Source: Gnetum montanum
Lineage: Eukaryota > Plantae > Gnetophyta
DNA: 64,000 nucleotides
Assembly (NCBI GenBank): GCA_015680685.1
Contig: MNCI01000751.1
Location: 62,001 to 126,000 of the forward strand
Reading direction: 5' to 3'
The notes below the pieces were generated by a model. The model was given only the letters and a program-made list of their open reading frames with translations. It was not told where the DNA came from and did not search any database. The position numbers and the translations under genes are program-made. Shown one piece after another: positions 37,401-49,400 of the stretch; position 1 is the stretch's first letter, and each line of letters opens with the position of its first letter.

Positions 37401-40400
37401 GGATATAAATTGTGACACTTCTCGGTTGGCTTTGCACCGACACATCAAGCAATCTTCAGCTAAGCTACACCCAAACGGAAAGGAGGATGCGGCCGAATGT
37501 GCACAAGAGGTTTGCTTTTAAGGAATTTCAGTAAGTGCTTGATTTTGCTGACATTGAAGATCATCATGACATCCTACAGGTCATTCACCATCAAGAATGT
37601 CCCAATTGTGAATATACTAGGTTGTCTAAGCGCCTTTAGGAATGTGGGTACTATATGTACTAGTGTCCTAGTATATGATGGTGTTTTGCTTGTGGCCACA
37701 TGTGTCGGCCATTTTTTATTTTGTGTGCCCAAGCGTAGGGACATCCCTTTTGGTTTCTTGTTCGTAGTGGTTGGTCATTTCATACAATATTCGGTAGATG
37801 GAGTGGGGAGAAACCCCCTCTCAATAGGGGAGGAACATTCCCAAACACAATTTTATTTGTACATTTTATGACTTTACTTAATATAATCCCAAACATTCTC
37901 TCAAAAAACAAGATTCTGCATATAAAAGGTGAAAGAAGCTCAAGAAAACTTTTGAAGCAAAAAATGAATCCAGAATCATATCTTTGCAAAATCAATAAAC
38001 TACTTGAGATTGAAAGAAAGGTGAGCTAGTCACTAAAGTTGTACAAAAGGTCTCTGCATTGCAAGCCGACCTCCAGGCACAAAATGCTCAGGTATCAGAC
38101 AAAACAATCAAGTTTTGTATATTAAAAGTGCTATCACTAACATATGATGCTTAAGACAAATCGTTAAAGATGGCAGAAGAACATACATCATGATAGAGTT
38201 TTGTGCAGTCTTGGAACAAGAAGCTGAGATGAATGCATATGCCTCCAATGCATAAGCAACTTCCCAAGCGATGGTGGTGAAGGCAAAAAATGATCGCAAG
38301 AGATAGAAAATAACAAGGTATTGTCATATTTGTAAAAATGACAGTAATCATGACAGTAACCATTATTATGATAATCCAAACAAACAATTCTAAAGCCAAG
38401 GTCATGACGAAATGAAAAGCCAATAAAATTATGAAAAATAGGACCAATAAACTCAATAAGAAGAATGAAAAACAATGAATTTAAGCTTGGGTCTGCTAAT
38501 GTTATAAAAGAAGAGGTTTAACCTCCCACCTTAAATTTTAATGCCCTCACCCTAAGTAATGATACCCCTAATGATTCAGTATATATTGATTCTAGCAGCT
38601 CAAGATATTTTACTAGTAATTTATCCTTGTTATCAAATATAAAAGAGTACCCAAAATCACACTTCGTAAAAGTTGGAGACGGTCGCTTAATAAAAATTAC
38701 CAAATGTGGGGGACTTAACAATTTCCGGTCTGAAACTAAAAAAAAATTTGGTTACAATCAAGAATTTGCCATGGCTTTGGTTTTAGTGTATCAATTGACA
38801 AATGATAGATTAAGTGTTCAATTTGATAAAAATGGTCATGCCACACTTTATTGCAGGATACACCATGACAGTGATATTTTGGACTACGGTGTACCATGCA
38901 AGGACGTATTTAAAATAGTGGATCACCATGTTAAAAGAGTATATGTCATAGCTCATCAAAATCCACTAATGAAATGGCATTTAAGACTTGGATATGTGAA
39001 TATTAAGACCTTAAGAAAAATGTATCAATTTTATCATGAAATTCCAAAATTTGAAGATGATCAAGAGTTTGATTGTAAATCATGTAAGACTGGGAAGATG
39101 CACTGCCTACCATTTCTAAGACACCATGAAATAAAAACATCTTAGTCACTTGAAGTTGTACACTCAAATGTATGTGGTCCATTTTTACCACACAAGGTAT
39201 AAGAAATGAAAGGTATTTTGTAATTTTTGTGGATGATTTCAGTCAACTTCCATGGCTTTATGGTCTAGTACATAAGTCACAAGTGTTTGAAAACTTAGGT
39301 ACTTTAAAATATGGAATGAAACATAGAAAAATACAAAGATAAAAATATTGAGATCTTGCGGCAATGGCGAATATACTTCAAATAAATTTATGAAATATTG
39401 CAATAATAAAGGTATAAAACAAAATATATCTTGACCGTACAGTTCTTATTTCAAACTGCTTCATAATATAACCCTGAACATTTCCATCAAAAAAAACAAA
39501 AAAGGTATAAAACAAGAGTTCACGGTGCCCTGAAAACATATCAATAACAGAGATGATAATATATATGATCCATGATGGTCAAGCACCAAAATCATTATCA
39601 ATAGAAGTAGCATACTATTTAGTTCACATTATTAACAGAATTCCAATTGCAGCTTTAAAAGGCACCCCTCCAATTAAGAAATGGTCTAACAACAAAGATG
39701 TGTCAATATCTTATTTTCATCTGTTTGGAAAATCATGTTATATCCATGTTTCGCAAGCACATCATGGCAAGTTGGGCCCCAAGGCCATGCTGGGATTACA
39801 ACTTGGTTATTCTCTAGATCACAAAGCCTACCAATTGTAGGACATCAAAGATCACAAAATTATAGAATCTCGTGATGTTGTATTTGACAAATTATCTCAG
39901 AACTCAGATCACACACTGAGTCACAAATTTGTTAATGTTTCCACAGTGATCCCCAGCAAACCAAGAGTTGACTCATGATCATTTGTGTCCTTGAACGAAG
40001 ATGACGATGAAAAAGCTAGCATAAATGAGTCTAATCCCATGGATTCCTCTATACACTGGCAACCACAGTGGTTTAAAAATCAATTAAAATATCTAAGACC
40101 GGTAGAGTTGGAACATATAAATGAAATGCCCATAAAAGGCTTAAAAGTGGAAAAATGTTTGTTGTTGAAGATCATTCTAGTATGACTGACTCAAAAATGA
40201 TTTTTGGCAGGTGAACCCATGAGTGTAAAAGAGGCTATGCAAATTAAAAATGATAACACGTAAATGGGTTTTTCACATAAAAAGAAGGGTTGATAACATG
40301 GTGTATAAATATAAGGCTGAATTGGTTGTAAGGGGCTTTGTACAAAGGAAAGATATTGGTTATAAATAAACATTTGCACCCACTATGAAACAACAAACTA

Positions 40401-43400
40401 TCTGGTGTATTTTATCTTTAGTAGCTTCTTATGGTTGAAAGCTATATCAACTTGATGTTAAATTTACTTTCTTGAATGGAGATCTATAAGAAGAAATTTT
40501 TATGTACCAACTTGAAGGCTTTGTGAATTCTACATTTTCTAATTATGTCTACAAAATAAAAAAGTCTCATTTTTTCCAGTAAGGAGTAACATGACCACGG
40601 ATGATATAGCCAAGTTGCATGTAAAGTCTGGAAGTTTCAGTAAAACAACATAAAATCATGCAAAACTTTTAGTAAAGAAACAGAAGAGCAACATACTTGA
40701 GCAGCAGTTGGAGGAACAGGCCTTGGCTTGAATGACACTCCATTGCTATCATCACCTCGTTTTGTGCTCTGTTGCCCCGGTTCAAGTCTACCCGTGTTAG
40801 TCATCCAATCAGCAGCAATTGTTCTTATGTCGGACAGAATCCTGCGATTTTCCAGGTTGACTAAAATTAGCATAACTAATAAACAGTAATATCAAGATCC
40901 CTTGCTAGTCGTAGGTTTATATTAAAACTTAAATAATTGGTCCACAGAAGCTGTTATATAATATGAGACGAAAAAACAATGAAAAAGAAAGACAGCACTG
41001 ATACAAATTGAAACAACTGCAAAGGCACATGCTACAAACCTGGCACGATCTTTTTTCTTCTTAAATGTTGTTTTTAACATAATTGCTAGCTTATTTTGCA
41101 CAAATTCTTGCACCTCAGCATGAATTGCTTCCCATAAGGCATCCATAATAGTAGTTTCAGATTTTTGCATTATCGAACCAATTCCTTTTATGTAGTTTGT
41201 AATCTCTACCAGTGCTCTTCTTTCCTCGTAGGAATAATTGCACCTAACTACCTGTAACAATTCAGAAAGGGAACAATAATCACATTACAGTTAAGACCTT
41301 AAAATATTGAACAGATGGCTAAATAGTACATTTTTCTGCACAAAAGATCATAGAGAGCAAAACATACCTGAGATGCAAGTATTAATAAAAAAGATATCCA
41401 AGATTTGCGTATTAATGTTAATTTGGCTCTTAACTTACGCAAATGGTGACCAGGAATTCATATAGATGATCCCATGTAGTAATACAGCTAATATGATGAT
41501 CATCATCATAAAAGATACATAGAGTAAATGAAGGGTCCACATGACATAATTTTCTAAATTATGTCTATACTATACTTAATACAAATCCCTGATAAAATTA
41601 GGGAAGTAGAAATGTTTCATTCTGAACCCTTAATGCTCGGCTATGTAAATGATTCAAATGGCTTAATTAAACATAAGAAAGAACAGAAGTATAGAGACAT
41701 AACATCCAAAAAAGTACATGTAAATTATTACGAGTCCCTTCCTTTAGTCTAAACCTTAGTTTCTCTAGAATCAAGCACATGTAAATTATTATGAGTTCCT
41801 TCATTCCTCGTGATTGTGGGCTCAATTGCTTTAATGATCACTAGGAAAGGGCGAATTGGCATGTTCGTCTATCACATGATACAAGATTGTAAGCACTGTC
41901 AATGGGAATTCATAAAATGCTTATATTTTAGATTTTGTAAACTAGAACATCATAGGTTCCTGGAAACATTGTGGGGAAAATCCTGCCAGTTACTCCTACA
42001 GCCTAATAGATCCTGAAAAGTACAAACCAAAAGAAAGTTCCAATTTTAAGTATGTTACAAGAGATTACAAGTGGTGGGCCATAAGGAATGGCCCCTCCGA
42101 GAGAGGGGATGACCCCCAAACCACGCAAAACCGCAACCAAGACTGCAAAAACAGCAGGGGGGGCACCCCCCACATGGAGCCACCCGGGGGGGGGGGCTGG
42201 CGGTGGGGGGGCACAACCACCCGGCAGAGGACCACCCATTATGGGTTCATCGGCAGGCGTAGTTGGGGTGATCCAGCTCATGGAGGATATCCAGAGTGTT
42301 CTGATGATCCTCTGTGTCCACGAAACTGGCCGCCTGCTAGATGCCTTCCATGGCCGACTCCCGTCTACTCCTGTCCTCCTGCGAAGCTCCCGCATCTAGG
42401 TGGTATCGCACCGAGGTTCAACGGATGTGTCTTCTGAGTTCCATCCAGGAGCTCTCACAATTGATGCCAAGAATAAGGTATGGGCATCGCCCCTCCTGCA
42501 ACCATTGTCGGGCATTATGCCCGTGGGTGTGGTCAAGCTGTCTTTGTCGCTGGTCTTCCTCCTCCTAGAGCCGCTCCTGCTCCGCCTGCTCACGTCGTCT
42601 CTGGGCCTCCTCTTCTTGAGTTAACTCTTCCCGAACCTGGGCCCTGATTTCATCAATGAGGCGGGCCCTGGCAGCCTCAACCATGAGCTCCTGCTGTCTA
42701 ATCCATTCCTGTTCGCGCTCAGTGACCTAGGCTTCAATGTCGGCCCGGGCCTGCGCAAGGGCTTCGTTCCATTTGGCTTCCCACTCTTCCCGTACTTCGT
42801 CTACCGCCCTCTACGTGGCCTGTCGAAGCTCCTCATTCCAGTTCCTCCGGCCAAATGTCTCTAGTGGGGTCTATCAGGGCGTTCGGGGGAGCGCCTCTCC
42901 CGCAGCATCCTCCAACCCCACGTAACGAAGGAACCCCAACGGGGCCAATCCCCCCCCCCNCCCCCCCCCCCCCCAGGCACCGCTACAGCCTATGGCCTAG
43001 CCGAGGGGGGGCACTTCGGAGAAACCCACCGCAAGGGGCAAAGGACGAGGGGGGCTGCCCCCACCCCCCTCCGCCCCCCACCAGAGCACCAAAATTAGAC
43101 CAGAGTGGCGGCCGCAGCACTTGAGCTTAAGGGCCTCCTTAATGAAGCGGGGGAGGTTGACCTAGCTACCCAACTTGAGACAACGCAGAAAGGAAAAGTG
43201 TAGGCCTTGCAACTTGGAGGCGTTGCTAGACTGGACGAAGAAACAGTCAACCAGATCTACTCCCCGGGCCCATAGGCGCGGCAGGGAAGATCTGGGCACT
43301 TGTCGGCTCCTAGTTTGGGGAACGGGCCCATCAAAGAACATTTCTGCGTCCTGGAGGCCGCGGGTGGAGGGCAAAATGATCTCACCAACGATCGGAGCCC

Positions 43401-46400
43401 CCAGACAGCTGGCAATCAAAGATTCTGTAATCCATATTTCACGCCCACGGAAGAAGGTACGGTCGTTGACCCAGTTGGAGAAAAATGCGTCATCTACCAG
43501 ATCTGGATCCCCGACCAGCCACCATAGAGGGTCAGACAAGCCACACAGGGCCACCATCTGCCAAAGCACCTCGTCCTCCTGGAACGCGGCGCAGTCCGGT
43601 TCGAAAGTGGGCGTGATTCCCATCGTCGTCTCGATTTCCTTCCACGCGGTGAGAGCCTGGGAGACCAGCCGCTGCAGAGAGGGGCGTTGTTGCTGCCAGA
43701 AAACTACGTTATTCTATGCCTTCCACGCTACCCATAAAAGTAGCGTGGCCTAGGAGTCACCAATGAGGTGCCTCAGGGGGGCATTGCCGCCGCGTGCCAC
43801 ATGGCGCACATGCAAGGGCACTCGACCGCGAAGTGTTGTGCCGTTTCAGCAGCAGCGCCACATGTAGGACACGTATCACTGTTTAGAATTCCGTGCCGTC
43901 GCAGCAAGGCCCGTACTGGCAACGCATCGTTCTGGAGTAGCCACAGGAATATTTTTATTTTTTTGGGCAGCCGCCCCTGCCAGATCCACAGCCAACCGTC
44001 CAACCGGGGGTACTTGGCCGTCAGAAGGGCCCGTGGCTCAAGGCCCCCCAGCCCAAGGTCTACATTGCACGCGCGTGCCAGCACAGCGCCTGCCAAGGCC
44101 TAGAATCCCACGCCCCCAAATCCCATTGCAGATATTTGGCATTCATGATGAGGATCCATGGGATCGGTTCTCCATGCGGGCGCGAAAACCGAAGCAGTAA
44201 CCGTTGTTGTCCTATCATCAACTCGTCCTCGAATGACGTGATGCCCAAGCCACCCGCTCCCAACTGACCAAATGGATTTTGTGCCCCCCCTTGCCCCCCT
44301 CCCAAACGAAGCTACGGATCAATGTGTTAACTGCATTGATGACCACGTTTGGGGGGTGGCCACGGCAGCCACAAAACGATCGACTACCGTGAGGATTCCA
44401 GTGGCCACAAGCAGGCAACCTTTGCAGCTAAGGAATCTATTCACCCAATGGCTCATTCTTCTTTTGATTTTTTTGAGCAACGGGGCCCACGTCGTGGTTC
44501 GTCCCCACCTGAAGAGGGGGATGCCCAAATATGTGTCACTGTATGTCCCTGGCAGGATATTCAAGACTTGTATCGCCCGGTTTTTAACTTGTTCATCCAC
44601 ATTAATGAAGTGGGTTGAGGATTTGGTTCGATTGATTTCCAGCCCCAATTCGGCCGCCAGGCGGGACAAAGCAACGTTGATGCACCATGCCTGCGGGACC
44701 GTCGCCCTACTTAGCAACATCCTATCATCCGCATAGTGTTCGGCCCGACACGCGACGCCGACAATGTTTAGACCGTCCACCCCTGATGTGCTACAGTAGT
44801 GCTGCATTAAGTCCATGGCGATGATGAAGAGGAGGGGCGAGAGTGGGTCCCCTTGTCTCAACCCCCGCCCAGGGGAGGAGAGGCCCCATAAATGCCCCCC
44901 CACATCAAAGGAGAAACCAGCCGAGGATTGCATGTGAATGCAAAGTCGGATGAACTGCGGATCAAACCCCTTCCGGAACATAATGAACTGCAATGCCTCC
45001 TAGCTGAGCGTGTCGTAAGCCTTAGTGATGTCAAGCTTGAGGCAAAGTCCGGGGAAGCCCACATTCCGAAGCGAATGAATCACCTCCTGCAAGAGGAGGA
45101 TCTGGTCCTGAATGGCCCGCCCTTGCACGAACCCCGCCTGGTTGATCCCCACAAGCCTGGGCATGAGCGGTACAAGCCTATGCACTAGCAACTTAGAGAA
45201 GATCCTGATGAGTACATTGCATACCCCAATGGGGCGGAAGTGTTCCGGGCGGTGTGTGTCAAACTGCTTCAGAATGCACACAATGCAGGAGCAGTTGAGT
45301 TCCCTCCAAACCTGTCTCCTGGCCAGCATGAGATTGAACGCATCTAGAATATTGGGTCCCATAATATCTAGGAACGTTTTAAAAAATTCAAGGCTCCAGT
45401 CGTCACGACCAGGTGCTTTTCCACCTGGCATGCTGTTGATCGTGGCCGTGAGCTCTTGCCAAGAGAAAGGGGCCAACAGCCGAACGTTGTCGTGCTCACT
45501 CAACACTCGCTGTACGGGAATCGAGATTGGCCTAGTGGGGCGCCTGGCCCAGATCCCGCCCCAGTATTGTGTCAACTCATGCGCAATTTGTTGCGGATCA
45601 TCAGTAGTCTCTCCGTCCTGATTGCGATGACAACGTGGATGACAGCCCCCACGTGTTTTGGCCATAGCAAAAAAGAATCTGGTCTGCCTGTCCCCCTCCC
45701 TGATCCATCGGATCCAGGAACATTGTCGCCAGTATGTCTCCTCTTCCAGGTCAAGGGACTGAAGCTGACGCAATGTGTGCTGCTCCTCCGTGTGCAAGTC
45801 CTCTCCTACTTCTTGCCAGGCCTGGATCTGGCCAAGCTGATCACGGAGCGTCTGCAGGCCTGTTCGAAAGGAGAACTTCGCATCCACTGGTAGGGCCATG
45901 ATGGCCCACTTCAGCCGAAGCAAGGCATCCTTAAGGAAGTTCTGTGGGTCCCCCTGGTCGGGCCGGTAGTCTGCCCAGATCTCCTCCACCAGCGGCCTCA
46001 GCCACAGCTTGGCTAACCAAGCAACTTCAAAACGGAATGATCGTGGGGCCCTGGGTTTATCCAGCCCGATCAAGCAGGTCAGCGAACGGTGATCTGAAGC
46101 CACCCTTTCCTGCCCCGACACACAGATGGAGGAATGGAGTAGGAGATCAGTGCTAACGCACACCCAATCAATCCGGGTGAGGACACGGTCCGGGCCCTTC
46201 CTTCGATTACTCCACGTGAAACGGTAGTTCTCAATGGGCTGATCTACCAGGGAGAAGGTTGCCAGAAAAGTCTGGAATTTCGGCGCCCCCTGCGGCAGGG
46301 GGGGGGGCCCCCCCCCCCCCCCCCCCCGGGGACTTCTCCCAAGGGTGGAGGCGATGGTTGAAGTCCCCGGACTTTCCTCTTGTAAGGTGCAAATAAAAAT

Positions 46401-49400
46401 AGATATTTGACACAATTTGATATTGATTTGGGATTGTTGAAGACCTTGAAAGAGGTGTACCACAGACAATTGCCTGTTCATTCATGAAGATTCTCTCATG
46501 GAATTGCAACGGGCAGGGTACCCCCTACAAACGAAATACCCTAAAAACGATTGTTTGAAATGAGGGATATGATGTGGTGTATTTGCAGGAGATGAAGCTA
46601 CAAGTGGCTGAATTGAGATTGCTGGAGTGGGATGACTAGCATCTGCAGATGGTCCTGTGTTAGGGTTGGGCAAGGGGCCTAGCTATTTTGTCTCAATTTC
46701 AAATTGCATTGGTCGATGATTCCCGGTGAAGCCAAACTATTCATGTCATTTAGGAGAACATTCGTTTGACAAATCTCTATGGTGCACAAAACTAGGAGGT
46801 GCGGCTACAAGAGTTGAGGTGGGTTGCACAAGGGGTCCCCGATAAGGAAAGGTGGATCCTTATTGATGAATTCAAACAAAGGTTGTACTCATGAGAGAAA
46901 ATAGGAGGGGAAAGCATAGAGCTGCTTGGAGGACCAAAATGTGTTGAGTTTATACAAAACCATGATTTGGTGGGCATGGATATTGAGGGATGTAAATTTA
47001 CATGGAGCAATAGGAGAAGGGGGAATGATCGAGTCCAATCTCGAATTGACCAAGTGTGGATCAATACGAGGTTGTTGCTGGATTTCAATATTCAAGTTGT
47101 GGGAAAGGAACAACAAGCTTCGGATCATCGTTCAATCCTATGTCAAATTAGGAGTAGTGAGAGTTAGAATCCTAGGCCTTTCCACTTTGAGCACACGTGG
47201 CTGGGGAAGCCACAGTTGAGGCTGATCATTCAAGACATATGGAAGGGATACTCAACTGCTCAAGAGCCAAGGGATTTCTTGAAACGTGGGCTTAATATGC
47301 TAAAACAAAGGTTACGGGCCAAAGCCTCAGAGGAGAGATATAGTTTCAGAGCTTACAAAGCTCAGTTACAAGCCAACCTTGGGGAGATACAAAAGCAACA
47401 AGAAAATGGGGCTGATCTAACAGAAGAGGAGCATGAGCTACTAAGAGAGTTGCAGGAGTTGGACTTGGTGGAGGAAGCTTACTTGCGACAACAAGCTTGT
47501 GTTACCTAGTTCAGAGAGGGAGACTGAAACACGTGCTTTTTCTTTGATTCAAGCAAAGGGCAAGGGGAGTGAAGAAAAACTTGCATCATATGCTAGACGG
47601 GGAGACAAGGGGAGGGGCCAAGCAGGTGCCACAGGTGGTTGAGGTAGTGCAAAATCTAGGAGAATGTTTGGCAGCGTAGAGAGACGAAGCAGATTTCGAT
47701 CCTTGTGCGTCGGGTTCTTGGTGAGGCGAACAACCACGATCTAATGCGGCCTTTGTCCGCACTAGAGCTAGAAACAGCAATGAAGTCCATGAAGGCCAAC
47801 AAGGCGCCAAGGCCGGATGGATGGCCCATTGAATTTTTTCGGGAGTTCGCTAACTCTTTGGGGGAGAATATTTTAGACACTTTCAATAGCATGTTGCAAT
47901 GGCAACAAGTTCGCAAGGAGCTAAATTGCTCCCAAATTGTGGTTATTCCAAAGGTTCCTGCTCCCACCTCGTTGGAACATTTCAAGCCCATTGGGGTTTG
48001 TAATACCCTTCTAAGAATTTTTATCAAAATGATTGTTTGCCAAATGTCACCATTGATGGCAAAACTGGTGGGTGAGAACCAGGTAGGGTTTGTTAAAGGT
48101 CACTTCTTGCAAGACCAAGTTATTTTGCTTCAGGAGATTCTACATTCGCAATAGAGCACTGGATTCCCAAGCATGTGCATCAAGCTAGAGATCACCAAGG
48201 ACTACAACACCGTAAGCTTGGAAGTTTTGAAGGAGGTTATGATACGTAAAGTTTTCACGCTTGAATTTGTTAATCTCTATATTCTATAGAGCTCATGTAA
48301 CGAACCACTTCTCCTTGAGTTTTTGCATTAATGATTGTAATAGTCTTTTGGTGTGTTTGTGTGCATGTTTTGTTGACAATTTGCGTGTGTGCTTTGTTTG
48401 GACTGTGGTGGAAATGGCTAACTGGAATAGTAATAAATTTGTTGACCAGATTTTTTTATATGTATTATGATTAAATGTTTAAATACTTTATGCATAAGAA
48501 ATATGATTTAAAATACATGCTGGGAATGTTTTAAAATAATAATAATAAATAATATATGGGAAAACAAAATATTTTCTGTGTTATTTCAACGGAGATGCTA
48601 AGAAACAAAAGAAAAACAGAGGACAATACTCTAAGGTGTGCCTCAGGAGCAAAAGTAGGTATGTTGAGATGCAAAAGAATGCTCATATTGAGCTCAAGTA
48701 TATATGGGAGATTGTGGGGATTTAAGGTGCTGGAAAGAGGGTTGAGGCAAGGGGATCCATTGTCACCGTTGTTGGTCATCCTAGTGATGGACATGATGCA
48801 CCACTATTGCATTGCCGAGTGTATGGAAGGATTGGTGGTGGTTGGGGTCCACTACCTCAATGAGCATTATGCTGATGAAACAATTCTCTTTTCTAGGGCA
48901 TCTATCCCCTAGGCTTAAGGCACCTAAAAGAGTTCTGGAGTGAATAGAGAAGGAGCTTGGTCTTGAAGTCAATAAGGTTAAGTCAGCAATACATTTGATT
49001 AACATGGCAGCTTGGGTGGGACAACGGGTCTCACAAATGTTGGGATATTGCCAGGGCACATGTAGGATTCCTATTTAGGAATGTCGATTCAATGGTCGAA
49101 TGGCATCATAAGAAAACGTGGACAAGGTTGGTTCAAAAGTTGCAAGCTAAGACTAAGCACTAGGCAAATATGTTTCTATCTAGAAAAGGGAAAATGTTGC
49201 TGGCCTCTTCCATCCTCAAGGTAGTGGCAAGGTTCACCACTTCCATGGCAACCCTGCCTACGGGGGTGTTTTAAAGATTGACCAATTGATATGACAGTTC
49301 ATCTAGTCCAGGGGAAAGGGTGGGGATAAGCTACATTTGGTGTTCTTTCATGTGGGAGCCCATTTCACATTCATGTGGTGCTTGAAGCATGATAACCATG

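Noticed and set aside
46330-46481. N-terminus of the 493-aa ORF 45000..46481
   Set aside because: Chance read-through past the 5' truncation point and a homopolymer frameshift into the neighbouring opposite-strand LINE; not a real start.
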